From Basidiobolus meristosporus CBS 931.73 (taxonomy: Eukaryota > Fungi > Basidiobolomycota), in NCBI GenBank assembly GCA_002104905.1, contig MCFE01000097.1, positions 108,650-172,649 of the forward strand: a stretch of 64,000 nucleotides of DNA, written 5' to 3'. The notes below the pieces were generated by a model, which saw only the letters and a list, made by a program, of their open reading frames with translations, ran no database searches and was not told the DNA's origin. This document shows positions 1 through 13,599 of the stretch, piece after piece. The translations under genes were made by a program, and so were the position numbers. Position 1 is the first letter of the stretch, and each line of letters begins with the position of its first letter.

Positions 1-2644
1 ATGCAATTCTTCAGCTCTTTGTAGCTTACTATCAAGCAAGATTGCTCGTCGCGTGACATAAGCATGATCTTCTCATCCACACCAGCATCTAGCTTGTTTA
101 GGCACGACAGAACATGGCCTACATCTAATACAGGGTTCCCATTCTCATCTACCTGGTGGAACACATAGTCTCGAAACAACTTTATCAGGTAGCGGTCTCC
201 AGTCTCTGACCAACTGGGGTCAAGATCAAATCTGAAAAAGGGCGTTAAGATGAGGATTTTGCAAGTGCATCAAGACTACCACATACTCTGGTCTTTCATT
301 TATGAACCCTAACTTCATCATTAACCGACTTGACCGGTCATTCACCAATTCTCCTGATAGTCCAGTCTCTAGAAAGTCGTTGTAGCTAGGATGGCAATGT
401 AATACCACGGTTAGTTTATAATGTTAGGTCTGATTTGTGTAATAAAGAGCTCACTGGTGAGAATGGTTCAGCTCTAAGAGGATTTTCGACCCCATAATGG
501 CAACAGCGTCATCGATGTTTTTGGCTGCCGAAGGTTTGCTCAATAGATAAAGAATCACATTCTTCACGTCCGGAGTGTAATTACGAGAAATGTAATCAAT
601 GGATTTAGGGAGATTCGATAGTGCACTGAAGGTGCCACATGCCAAACATGTCAGAAGTTGCCCAAGCTGAAGCAAATCCTCTTGCTAAGAAAGCCGCCCG
701 TGAGTGAACGAGCCACAGTCATATTGGCAATGGTCAGCCTACCTGGTAATGGATGGTGTTTCTAGTGCTGGCGTAGGATAGTACCTCGTAGATGCCACAA
801 CAGTTGAGTCGAATTCTGAACATAATCAAATGCTAATCTTAGCACTAAGGCCGTATCTAGAGTAAACACAGCAAAACAGTACCTGTTGTTTCCAGTGACC
901 AGGATCTTAGTGAGGTCTAATATGCAGGCGGCTAATCCAGCAGCATGCAGAGTGCGAATCGCAGTTACTATCTGAATAATGATACTCCACAGCTCCTTCT
1001 CCGGAAGAGTGCGCATTGCGAGGGTGTTGGAGCTAAGTTGACTAAGGTGTTTGTCCGCGAGAGTGGTAGAGTATGGGTGATAATCATAAACAAACACCAA
1101 AGCTAATGGTAGATGGCATGGTTAGAGGCTGGATATACTGCTGCTACAAGGGGTTAGCCTACATACAATAATCTCCAAAAGCTCTGGTGGTAAACGCTTC
1201 CCGCACCGAGACAATATTGGGATGGCTTATTTTCCGCCAATTGTCAATTGTGGACATGGCGGTTTCATTGGCCAGGCGAAAGTCTAGGAAAGGTCATGAT
1301 AAATACCAAGCTGAGCGACCAAAAGGGGGAAGCTACCAACTCTCAACACGTCTAAGGACATAGGGTTTCTCATCGTTGCTACTGACGGCTTTGTATACTG
1401 AGGTTGAGTATCCAAACAGTTTCTTTGACTTCGGAATTTTAGGATTATCCAACAAGGACAGGGAGTGGTATGTGTTCACCTCCGAAGGCATTGAAGAGTC
1501 CTGAGCTGAAGAACGAAAACGTGGATCTTAGAACTAACCCTTTTCAGATTATTAGAATGTTGCTTACCATAGTGGTTGGTTGCTTCATTTCTTTTTTGTA
1601 GTTCTTCACGCAGTTCATCCGACAGGAAGAAGGAATGGATTGTCTTGCGGTTGGGTGGAAGATTGGAAGTAAGGGGGGATGGCGATGTATAGTGATGATA
1701 CTGGAGATTTGGTTGGAGATGGTCAATGGGCTAATGCTTTACATGTTACTATCAGAAGTCAGAGGCCAAAACACCAATATGTTTGTACCTTGCCATCGTC
1801 TAATCCCATCGGCCCGAAATTTAGTGTATTTGCGCTAGAATTTATGGCAGTCGTGGTGGTCGGATGGAATGAGGTAGCCGAGTGGTTTTGATGATTGTCA
1901 GTAGCAAAGCCAGAAGCGCTTTATAGTAAGTTTGAATAAGTGGCTTGGTTACGAGTCCAGGATTAAATGTGTTAAATACCCCTTCTCCGACCCTAACTCA
2001 TTAGGTCCTTGGTTTGTTGAGCTCTCGCGGTTAACTATAAAAGTACCTGTGAGCGTACGTTCCATTGAAAGTGCTTTGCGCTCCGGTGAATTTACTCGAA
2101 AATTAACTTACTGATTGCGGTATTTGACGCCAACATAGGGTTTGAAGAACCGATAGGGTTGAATGCTGGTGAAGTGACTCGTAGCTTGGTCCTGCTTTAT
2201 GTGTAACATCCTTGTCAATAACTGCTAATCTACTATAGTGATAAAACGTAGCATACGAGTCAGGTGAAGTGAACGAAAATGGGGTAGCGGACTAAAATCG
2301 AAGGAAGGTAATAAGAACTCATGTACAAGTGTGGCATCAAAGAAATGTAAGCAAATAATTCGTACACTCATGTCATGTTTAAAATCGCATCCTTTTCCTT
2401 CGTATTTACAGTAGCCATGGATGATTACGTTACGACAAGTACGTGTTTGAGAGCTTGGGGTGGTTTGGCCACTGTTTTGATCCTTGACTTCTCGGGAATT
2501 TAACATCATTATCAGAACAACGTTGTACAGAAATTACTGACTGTTTGTTTCCTTTGGCCCCTGATTTTGCACAGGGGGAGCAACTATGGGAATTGCTGAG
2601 GATCCAAGAGGGGGCTGAAGTATGTAGGAGGGATTAGGATTCAT
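1..2644 (-). CDS. PAN3: PAN3 deadenylase complex subunit (multi-exon; 3' end runs off the window start)
   Basis: CCCH zinc finger [21 protein letters not shown] (2225-2509 ORF); pseudokinase segment [31 protein letters not shown]; C-terminal [10 protein letters not shown]...WSETGDRY...[20 protein letters not shown] first exon [12 protein letters not shown] starts at ATG 2644. Confidence 0.9.
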
Positions 2645-3236
2645 ACTTTGTGAAGCTATTTATTCTCAACAGTGTGCGCCAGATACAGAATCCAGTGCTG
2701 CTGTGCGTCGATTTTCAAACAGAGTTCAGTTGTTCTGGGTGAGAAAACTTTTCAACCCAACTATAAAGAGAATAGGGTGCGGCTGAGCAAGGAACTCACA
2801 AGTTAATCAAGAGATGCTCGAGTGGGTAACTCCTAAGGGAACAGTAGAGCTCAGAATCCCGTGTTCATTGGCGTAATTTATGACCCTTTTCTGAAGTATT
2901 GACATCAAAACACAAGGGAAAATAATAATTTTGATCTAGTTTAAAATTAATCCAGCTTTGCTAACAAATGCCCAAGGGTTGATCACCTAGCCTCTAGAGA
3001 TTTGGGATTCCAGTTTAGCCATATAGTGACAGGTGCATTCTAGGGCAAAAGATGCCACGTCTTGCACCTACAAGGCTAGTTCATCTGCTTCCAAAGTGGT
3101 TTACATTACAGCATTTGAGGCATGTACATTCACAGTAGATAAACCATACAAATAGGGAACAGAAAACGCTATGAATGTGCAATAGTGATTCATACAAAAT
3201 TTACAATTATCGAAGAATGAGGTCATCATCATAGAC

Positions 3237-5809
3237 TCATTGGCGAGATATCATAGGGTCGATGTTTCTGCTTTTCATCCTACGATTCTCGCGCTTCAGC
3301 TTTGTGTAGGCTCGATACAGATCTGCACGCTGTAGCACTTGAAAATCGGTTGAATCAAGACTCACTATAGGTGATTGGCTTGCCGAATCTTGGCTGACTA
3401 GGTCCAAGGAGAGGGAAATATTCTGTGAATGTTGCTGGTTGATTGACTGTCGTTGTGAACGACCTGAGCTTAAAAGCCGATCGGAACGAATCGAGCTAGT
3501 TGGGGATTTGCGAGTACGACATGTGGAAAGATCCGCAGGTGATCTGAACTGATATTGGCTAATCAAAGGTTCCTGAAGATCATCCAGCTCTGCTTGGCAA
3601 TGGTGAATCGGTGAGGCTCCAGCATCGGCGAGAAAGCTAGGACTGTCCTGGGGTTGAGATCCTCGTGAACAATACTCACTGGGGCTGCCTTTACAGCGTA
3701 AGGGAGTGGTCGCGTTCTCTCGGGAAGAACCCTGCCTAGAAGACGCATATTGCTCTATCGAAAAGTATAATGAGCCTTCGAAGCTAAGACTAATTTCGCT
3801 TTCTTCTGCCACATCTATCAATTCGGGGGTTAAGGACCTGTGGAATACGCTAATAAGTGAAAGGTAGTTGAAGTGACTTTGAGAAGAGTTTAAATACCGT
3901 ATGGGTGATCTGGCCCTGAATTTGATCTCACCACTGGGAGTTGAGGCTTTGGAGAGCTGCTGTGTCTCCATGATAATGGATAAATCATCCTGCGCTACAG
4001 AGCCTGACTTTGGTGATTGATTATACAGAAAACTAGTCGTTTCTGAAACTTTTTCTGTGCTATCGATGATTTCCTGTATGCTCGGACTTGACAAGTTCTT
4101 GTTAGAGAAATTAACCTGGCTTTCAATGTAGCGTGATAGATTTTCAATAGAAAGCGGATTTCCTTGACAGCATTGGAGCTGGCATAGATGCGAACCAGTG
4201 TCGCTCCCTAGAAACAGGACAACAGTTAGTAAAGCATATTGAGGCGTCACATATAATGACATACCATCATCACACAATGTGGCAGGAATAGCCTGTTGGC
4301 GATGCTTCTGTTGCATGAGCCAGCTTGGCAGGAGAATGGATGTGATTTTTCGTTTAGGAACATTCAGTACCAAACAGACGCACTTTTGCGTCTCCGCTAT
4401 ACTTGTTTGCACCTCGGACACCTTGAACAACCACAGCTCGGATTGAGGAAGGATACGCCAATCATTGATGGGCCATTGAGACTCTTGTAAACGGTCAGAA
4501 ACACTTGCAGTAGGAGAGAATGCCTGTACAGGACCTACCAGTATCTTTAAATTCGACGAAGTCGATCAACTCATTCTTTAGTTCAATATTTGATATCAGC
4601 ATGGATTTTGCTATCAAGTTCTGGTAAAACTTCTTCTCCTTTGGTTTGTCTACACGAAGTAATTCGATCTCGGACGTAGTAGCCAAGAGTAATTCATACG
4701 CTGACCCAGTCATAGTGTGAAGTCTTTTGGTACTTGCGCTCGAAGGGCGAAGCGACGTGGCCTGTTGATCAAAAGCTGTCCGGAAATCACGCTTGATAAA
4801 AAAAGATTAAAACCAAGTATTGATTCGTGAGGGAATAAGCCAAAGCTACCTTAGACTTGGTGAATACTGGGGGTGAGTTTGACGGTGACTGGGGGTTGGT
4901 CCAGTCTACAGAGGGAGACTCGCATTGTAATGGTTCAGAGGAACTCTTGTTTGTATTCTGCATACTGGCCTCCTTCTGCACCTCTGCCTCCGCTTCCTCT
5001 AACAGTCTCGTATATAGCTCGTCCATTATCTCCTCACTTGAAGGCGAGACGTATTCGTGATTGGTGGGTTGCGAGTTCTGTGGATACCTTTCTGAATGCT
5101 CAGAAAAGTTGATACTAGAGTGTTGTGTTCTTGAAGTGCCAACTGTTTGATCGTGAGTTTGCATTCTATCGGCCCTTTCTTGACGAGAGATTAAATTCTC
5201 ACTAGGGCTGCTAGGTGCTTTCCAGGAACTTCTCCTCACAGGAGTCAGGGAGGTATAGGAAAGGCGTGTAGGTGTGTCAAACACCGGTAGACTCTTATAT
5301 TTTGATTTGGGCGTGGACATTATGGGTTCTTGGAAAGAAGACAGGTAGCTTGGCGTATTGAATTTTGGAAGTTCGTGAGAGTCTAGAGAGCGGTTTGAGG
5401 GGGTATTGATTGAAGGCGAGAACATATCTTGGAAAGACTTCTCTCGACGTTGGGAGGGTGTGTACTCTTGACTGACCTCTTGACTGTTCAGATAGACTTG
5501 ATTTTCTTCAAAGTATGAGGGCGGTGTCTCGAGGTGGGTACTACTTTCGTCAGAGCTAGATACGTCTCTCGGAGTTTGAGTAAAGTTTTGGTTACATTCA
5601 AGCCAACTAGCATCAATTTTTTCGAAGTTTGAGGTAGTCTCCTTCATCAGGTCTGTACCAAGAACATTCTCCAGCGGCTCCCAAGTGTCTTCTAAATCAC
5701 AGTGATTTATGTCACGATCCCATTCAACTAAAAAGTACACTCGTCCTTGATAAACTTGCTTCCCCTTCAGTCTCTTGGCCACATATATATCTTGTGGAAG
5801 GTCACTCAT
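3237..5809 (-). CDS. N-terminal chromodomain protein with long Ser/Pro-rich disordered regions (multi-exon)
   Basis: ATG at 5809; chromodomain pattern YVAKRLKGKQVYQGRVYFLVEW...EDTWEPLENV; same-strand ORFs 4787-5809, 4495-4713 and 3237-4430 separated by short intron-sized gaps. Confidence 0.7.
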
Positions 5810-7008
5810 ATATACACAATAACAAGCTTGAAGAAGTGACTTACGGTGCTGCTCAATATCAATAAAGACTTCGAAAATTGATGACTATTTACATTTCACT
5901 GGTTGAACTGACCAATCCTGTGCGTCAATATAATTGTATTTACCTTAATATTATAAACCTCCATTTATTTATTCTACATGTTTGGTCCATTTACAGGAGC
6001 CAATTTTAACACCCAGTACACCATCTTACGATATCTCGACTATTTTTGTTGGGCCTTCTCACTTTTGCCAGCATGGTATATGAATTCCCCCGAGAATATG
6101 CCTGCATTCAGTAAAGTCATATTCCTTATTCAACAAATCATGTCTGTGCTAGTATAGCTAGAAAAGTCCAGTACTTTTATTTATACCTCCAAAATTCCCA
6201 TTGCTAAGAGAATATTTTGTGATACCACCAATAATTAGATATAATAGCATTTAATTTCCCTTTAGTCAAAATGAATATTTGATAATGTATCTACAACTAC
6301 ACATATGTCTTTTAACTCAATGCATCATGTAGAAACCATACTTGTAATATCTCCACATCGCTTCCAAGTCCCCATTCCACTTGGATCAGTGCTAAGGATT
6401 TTATTAAATTATCGGTGAAATATCCCTTAGCTCGCAATTTACTCCATATACACTTCATGTACAAGGTACGAACCAGAGTCATAAGCAGCATAGAATTTAT
6501 GGATATAAAATTGTAATCAATCAATATAGTACCTACTTGTTCATATTTCTGATCTCCTCTATCGTAGATATCTTGGATATCAAATTTCGTAAGATACTAT
6601 TTTCAGTTCTTCAAATTGTAGAAACAGGGAAATGTTAGAAAATCTTGAAAGTTGTATAAATAGCCCCCAAGCTTTGCGCATCTCTTTCCATTAACGTTCA
6701 CCAAGATAATATTCCTTAAAAAGCTCTATATAATTACTCTACTGTTGCTCAATAAATCTACAAATGAAGAGTACTCTCTGCTAATTATCACCAAATCCTT
6801 GGCTTATGACAAGTTGCCTACCATTAGCAGAACATATTGATAATAGACCATTGTAGCTTTTAGCAAATATGCCAACAACAACAGTAAAGAATTATGAATG
6901 AAAATTTGTATATTGAGTTCTAATAAAGTTATGCAATATTACATCTGGATCTTCTATATCCCCTGGATGTATAGTATTCCAGTATTATCCATTTATAAAA
7001 TGTTCGAG

Positions 7009-8419
7009 TTACAATTGAATCTCCGCTGCCTCTAGCACGCACCTTCGCAACTCATTGATTCCTTTCTTTTTTCGCGCACTTACACTAAGGAGAACGGGTA
7101 CACAAGAACGAGTCTTGATTTTTTTGATCAGGTAGCTCTGCACCTGCCGCTTGGTATTACCAATCTCCACTTGCTTGGCTTTGTCCTGCTTCGTAAGAAT
7201 AATCTGAAGAGACGTTAAGGTTTAGAAGGAGAAACGGAAACCATTTCTTAAGGCAAGCGGGTGAACATCGGGGTTACCTGGTATGGAACTGCCAGCTTCT
7301 CCAAGACTCCAATAAGTTCTTTGTCACTGCCCTTCAAGCTATGCTCACAATTGACCAGCAGAAATACCCTACGCAATCTACGGAAACGAGCAATAATTTA
7401 GACTCTGATCCTGAAAGATTAATACTCGAACTTCCTACAAAGAGCGATCCTTGAAATAATTCCATATCATGCGTCGCCAGTCGTCGCGACACCCGTGTCC
7501 ATATCCAGGCATATCGGTAAGAACCAATTGATCGCTCACCCTGAAAAAGTTCAGAAGTTTTGTATGGCCCTGGTGGTTAATGCAAGTGTAAGTATCGAAA
7601 CAAGAACGCGTGATTTATGTAGTATTACCGGCTTGCTGGAGGTTTTGACGAGGGAATTGCGGTTTACTAGAGCATTAATCAACGAGGATTTCTAACGATA
7701 TGTAACATTAATTTGCATTCCTTCACCCAAATCAGATATTTGAGTCCTCCTACCCCAACATTACTCCTGCCGATAAAGGCTACCTCCGGAAGTTCAGTGT
7801 TTTGAAGTTGATTGATTTTGACTGCTGATTGAATGAATATAGCAGGTTTACGGAAGAGGCTCTCGAGCAGCTTTTCCTCTGTTGACGAAACTTCTTTGAT
7901 AGGATTGAAGGTTTCCACCAGACTTCTCTCGATCGGCACAGGAGGAAGCTCCTTTGCTAGTTTTGCAAAGGAGATCCCGTAGCTGTTTCTAGGAGCACTG
8001 GAAGTTGCAACTACCCTGTTGGTTTTCACGTCGCTTTTAGCTTGTGCTCCTTTGGTACCAGAAGTCAGTTTGTAGCCAACTGTGGTAGGTCTTTGTGCTG
8101 GAGTTTTGGATGGTGGTTTTCTTGACCTAGCAGTTGTCTGGCCTTTACTCTTTGCGCTTTGAACTGGTTTTCTGTTGGGTGCTTGTGTACTATTAAGAGT
8201 GCGAGGAGCGCTCCTGGGAAGGGTTTTTTTGGAGCTTGCTTCTCTCCGGTTGGGGAATCTAGGCTTCTCTTTCGTCAAGGAGCCGCCCTTTCTTGCTTGG
8301 GCAATGAGGCAGGTACCCAAATTCCTGACGTTTTCTGCGTGAGGTGAGCGAACGGAGAATAGGTTTCTGGCATTTATACATACACCTCTTGCGGCTATGT
8401 TTGAATAGAGTTGAAACAT
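7009..8419 (-). CDS. EngB/YihA-family (GTPBP8-like) GTPase, probably mitochondrial (multi-exon)
   Basis: ELPEVAFIGRSNVG|KSSLINAL (G1 split by an intron), KTSSKPG|HTKLLNFF, DMPGYG (G3), LTKQDK (G4), SARKKKGINEL; basic N-terminal extension. Confidence 0.85.
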
Positions 8420-9886
8420 ACTAAGGTCGAGGATTCACCTCAGTCAGAAATCCATCCAAAAGAAAATAAGATGTTATTTCATGAAGCGAATTTTTTGAAT
8501 CCGTCCTTTACAGCAGGAACAAATCGTATACTAAGTTATCCCACTGTTAATTTTCATCCAAATTGCAAGGGGTTGAATCCATGTAGCACTAATTAGATAT
8601 GCACCAATTATCTTCGTACTAACAGGGTTTAAAAGGTTTACTGGCTGATTACGAAAGACCTTCCGTCTTTTGCTAGCAAGACCTGGCAACTTGAGGTAGT
8701 TGCTACAGGCCTTCTGTTGGCACACTGAACTGAGGGCCTTTCTTGGAAGGCTCCTTGGCTCTTGTGGACGGTAAAGTAAAATATTGATTTCGCGAAATAC
8801 TCAGGGCCTCTAAAACATTTCTAGCATTGAAGCTGCAGGCAGTATACCTTTCGCACATTCTTTTTTCGAGTTTGCTTCGTGATGGGTAACGTTGAAAGAA
8901 TGAGCCGATCTCGGAGCAATAGTTCCCTTTTTCACTTGTCTGCATGTCGCTCTTAATCGTACACGTGATGCCAGACACCAGAATACCTAAAAGAATGTGT
9001 TTGCAAATTCTAAACTCTCTAAGAACCATATGGTCAACTTAGCAATATCTTCAACAGAACTTCGAACAGCATAATCACATGGCAGGATTTTGTTTGAATG
9101 AAAGTTCATTCATCCAAGGGTTGTAAACTTCGAGCCAGCTCTCTACTCCAGTGCCATATTGAATCAGTAGTCAAACATAGGGGATAGTATCACCGTGCAT
9201 GCAATTTCATCATATTGATTCTAGGCCAGTATATAATAATCAGTGTTTATCTCGTTGCCAAAGGCCAGTACACAGACATAGGGATAGGCTTGGTAAATTA
9301 GTTGGCATGAAGTGGCAAGATAGCCGGTATGTTGTACTGAATCCCTAGTTGCGTGTTATATGGACTGTAGCCTTTCAATGATTTACATTTAGTGAGGTTG
9401 CAGGCCATGAGTTGTAACTAGCTTCAAGCATGCCGTTTGTTTAGAGTCTATTGACGTTAATTTTGGCTAGCATACTGCACCATAGCTGGCTCCAATTATA
9501 GACCAGGTTTCATCACAGAGACTACGAACGGATCTAAACAACCATAAAGCTCTTCTATGTGTTTTGTAGGACGGTAGATCATCAAAGACTAACACCACTC
9601 ATTCCTAAGTTTTGTACAGCAGATGTTTGCATGTTGCATGCTTACCGGGGATCTGCGTTTTGATGATTATGGGAAACGGAAAATCCCTTGGTGGTTGGAT
9701 TTGGCGGGAATATATTCGAAACACAATAATCAATCTCACTCCAATATGGACTTGCGTGCCTGGACAGCATGCTAAGTATTTAATTAGCCCGTTTCTCGAT
9801 AAACTGATCACGGCTTGATTCCAATTTAAGCTTGTTAACCCTTTACTTTCTTAACCCCCATTTTAAAACTTGGTTGAATAGTAAGA

Positions 9887-10748
9887 ATGAGAGTTGCCAT
9901 AACCTTAACATTCATTGTTACCCTATTCACGTCCCAAATCCTCCTCGTAAGTGGCGACAATGGTAGGTTTCATAGATCGATATAGCTGCAACAGAATGCT
10001 GATCTAGAGAAATCTAGTGGAGAAGTGCTTTTCTCACTGTAGGGAAAAGAGTGACAGTCAGTTAGTGTCTTGTGCTACTGATTGCATTGGTGTGCCTAAC
10101 CCATCCCCGGAAGATAGTATGTATCTGATTACTGGTGAATGAATGGATAGCCATGCTAAATTTAAGCTTCTAGTCAAGCGGACTACGGAGTGCACCAAGA
10201 AGTGTGGCAGCAATGTCAACTGTCATATTGGATGTATCCGTGACTATTTCCAAAAGGGAAGTACTGGCGGTGCCTATACCAATGAACATGGTGGAAAAGA
10301 CCATTCCAATAAAGACACGAAGAAGCCCGCTAATGAGAAGGAATCCAAACATTCATCATCCACTGAAACCAAACCTACCAAAAGTGGTCACGAACAACCT
10401 CGACCCGAGAAAGAAACCAAGATGTCCACCGAGGTACCCAAAAGCTCTGTAAGTAACCACAATACATCGGTTATTGCTGTGGCCTCCCCTACGAAAACGG
10501 TCGATGTTACTAGTACATCCCTCACCACCATAACCACGTCGTCTTCCTCGGTTCCTTTCTCGGTCCCTTCTGTCGGGTTTCCATTTGCTACCGCATTTCC
10601 CTCCAGTAGACTGCCGTTCTCCTCCTACTCGTCATCTAGACCGATCAAGACTGGAACACGAAGCGCGAGTGTTGGGAATCTCAACCTGATTCCCATCATT
10701 CCAAGCTTCCTGATACCTTGGATTTGTTATCGGGAGTTTACCGCGTAA
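9887..10748 (+). CDS. Secreted Cys-rich and Ser/Thr-rich protein, possibly GPI-anchored (multi-exon)
   Basis: Signal-like exon MRVAITLTFIVTLFTSQILL from ATG 9887; Cys-rich exons (CFSHCREKSDSQLVSCATDCIGVPNP; CTKKCGSNVNCHIGCI); Ser/Thr tract and hydrophobic C-terminus. Confidence 0.65.
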
Positions 10749-11424
10749 CAAAGTATTCGAATCTTGTATTAACCTTTTAGATATACTTTGATATACATCG
10801 ATACATCAGATAGCTTGTGTAATCCAGAATAAACCCTCACAAGCTATGTCAGTTAAAATAGAACTGGGTGAGAGGCATTGGATGGAAAATCTATTCATGG
10901 GTGATGTTTTGCAGAAATGTTGGCAAAACTCTGCCAACCAGGGCACACAAGAACCCAAATAATTGTCAGGGAACCTAGCCTATCTCAAAACCGCACAAAT
11001 TGCAACTTGATATCCTGAGTTTGATGATGGCTATAATTACATGTGGCGTGGTGCTCTGACCGAAAGGAATTGAAAAATAGCAATGCCGAGGGAAGCGACC
11101 CTGGACGTTGTTAATTTAGTGCCCGATCGTTATCAATCCGAAGGTTTCTACTGTCACTATGTAGTGCTATTTTAGCGAGGTTGGCTCGTATTGCTTATTA
11201 ACTACATTTGCATTGTCATTCGATGAACCAGTCAGGTTGAGTTCTTATTTGAGCAGAGTAATCTAATCAAAGGAAATGGTAATTGGCATGCTCTTACGAC
11301 TATACTTCATAGAAATATGGTTTCTCTTTCAAAAATAACTTCATCCTACTGCCTCTGGTAAGAAGTATAAATATGTTGTTGGGAAGCACCTGTAAACTCA
11401 AACCAACCTTCTACTATTTGAAAC

Positions 11425-12399
11425 ATGCAACCTAAAGCAATCCTCCTGGCGTGCGCTGTTCTCCTAAGTCTGTCCAACTCGGTAGCAGCTCAGGGTACAA
11501 CCTCCACTATCAACGGAAGCACTGTGATTAGCACCAGCTCAAGTATTGGGCAGTCCGCGACAGGTACTACTTCAAGTACCACTACCTCTACTGGTTCACC
11601 TACGTCAAGTCTCTCCACCATACCTCCGAGCACTACCACTACCTCAGTCCCTGGAACAACGGGTACTTCGGTCATTCCCGGATCTACAGTAGTATCGACC
11701 GCCCCAGGTGGGACTTCGTTAACCACCCTTCCTGACTCTACGATAACCAGTACTGCGGTGACATCTAGCACAGTTTCTTCTCCAATTATCGTGACCCCTT
11801 CAACAACCACCACCAACATGGTATCTACCAATACTGTAGTTTCACCAACTACCACTATTTCCCAAGTCACTTCGGTGATTACTCCGGTAACTACAACGGT
11901 ATTTTCAACTGTAGCAACACAAACTTTATACTCTGGTACAGAGACCTGCGCTGTACCCACCACTGCTGTAGTAACCCCATGCGTGACCAGCACACCGACA
12001 AAATGCAAGCCTACGAAGCGACCAACACCTACTGATGACTGTGATGACGACCACAAGGATAAACACAAGAATGATGATGATGATGATGATGATAGCGATT
12101 GTGACGATCATAGCGATCATGACAAGCCCAAGCCCAAGCCGGAGCCAAGTGGTGACGATGACTGCGACGATGACCATGAGAAGAGCAAGCCTAAACCCAA
12201 GCCAAAGCCAAACAGTGACGATGATGACTGTGATGACGACAACACTAACAAAAAGAAGGGGAAATGGTGCAAGCATGGAGCATTGGAATGTGTAGGTGAC
12301 AACTATCGCCAGTGCATCGATGGCAAATGGGTCAAGAAAAACTGCAGTACAGGATCAAAGTGTTGCAAATTGTCGGGAGTTTCGGTCATCTGTGCTTAA
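11425..12399 (+). CDS. Secreted mucin-like Thr/Ser-rich protein with Asp-rich repeats and a C-terminal Cys-rich (CBM19-like) module
   Basis: Signal peptide MQPKAILLACAVLLSLSNSVAA; T/S tract; repeated DDCDDD/KPKPKP; C-terminal CKHGALEC..YRQCIDGKWVKKNCSTGSKCC. Confidence 0.85.
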   Translation: MQPKAILLACAVLLSLSNSVAAQGTTSTINGSTVISTSSSIGQSATGTTSSTTTSTGSPTSSLSTIPPSTTTTSVPGTTGTSVIPGSTVVSTAPGGTSLTTLPDSTITSTAVTSSTVSSPIIVTPSTTTTNMVSTNTVVSPTTTISQVTSVITPVTTTVFSTVATQTLYSGTETCAVPTTAVVTPCVTSTPTKCKPTKRPTPTDDCDDDHKDKHKNDDDDDDDSDCDDHSDHDKPKPKPEPSGDDDCDDDHEKSKPKPKPKPNSDDDDCDDDNTNKKKGKWCKHGALECVGDNYRQCIDGKWVKKNCSTGSKCCKLSGVSVICA

Positions 12400-13599
12400 G
12401 CCTGTTAGAAGGACCAAGTAATGAGCTAAAGTATCGAAGTTGATCTATGATACTACGATTCCCTGAATATCTGTCAACTATAAGAAGTAGTAACAATAAA
12501 CCTGAGCTTGAACTGAATCCCAATATGGCTACCTGGAAGTAGTCATTGTGACATATGTGTCTATTCAAGATTGCACTCGCTGCATAATGGTCGGTGCTGT
12601 GCGAGTTACTACCTCGATGAGGTGGATAGAACCACGCTGAAATGAATTTGATTCAAATCCCATGTATATAGGTGGGGATAAGCGTTCAAATCTCAGATCT
12701 TGTCAATTTTTTGAATATTTATTTGATGTCTATGGGTGCAAGGATATTTACCTTCGCTAGCCAGATGTTTCTTGCGCAGCATATCAGATGGCATAACTAT
12801 CCTCACTCCACCACACTTTGTACACCATGGGTTCCTGTAGTGTACCCACAAGGATTTCCAAAACGGACCAGGCATTTTTCCAGGCGAACTGTAGTTGAAG
12901 GATGTTTTGTGTCACACCCATTGGTGACATAAAGGGCTTTTATGGCACTATTACTACACGTTAGGCTACACCAGTTCATTTCCCTCCATTATTTCCCAAA
13001 CTCGTATTCAAAAAACAGACTCACTCCTAACCAATATTATCGTGGCCAAGTTGATCAGGCTTTCTTATTTGTTCAATGGCAAAATCAGTACAGAAACACT
13101 TCTTCAGTGGTGGAATTGTTAGTCATTATCCTTGTAAAGAGTTTTCCGCCAGCATAGCCAAGAGTATCGGGATTGTAGTACTGAATGAACTAATCATCAG
13201 CGATATATGCCCCACATGCTTATTTCAATTAGAACTGGTAATTACTGTTCAAGGGCTAATTTGGGGTATAGAATTCTATACCATAATCAAGATTATTCCT
13301 GATTATTGTTCTAATTCGAACTGAGTCACCTTTATTGGCCACATTTTATCGAAACACAGTCTGCGCTTACTCTAAATGACTCTCTAAAAAGGCATCGCAC
13401 TCAAACAATGTAGTACCATACATCAAATCAAGCAGGTCAGTGAAATTCTACTATAGGTGAAGTCTACTGGTTTAATACACACCTAATCAGTAAATCTTAC
13501 TCTCATCTACGGTTCATGTTACTTTCGCCTCTGGAACTCACTCTCCAAAGTCTCCATTGCTCCCCTTACTCCGTTTGTTCTCTGTTCTATTAACCGATA

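Noticed and set aside
5950-6900. AT-rich stretch with broken protein-like frames on the minus strand
   Set aside because: Possibly a pseudogene, but multiple stops and no identifiable family.
8531-9029. Short minus-strand ORFs upstream of the GTPase
   Set aside because: No recognisable motifs or splice model.
11490-12302. Antisense ORFs over the mucin-like gene
   Set aside because: Shadow frames of low-complexity coding sequence.
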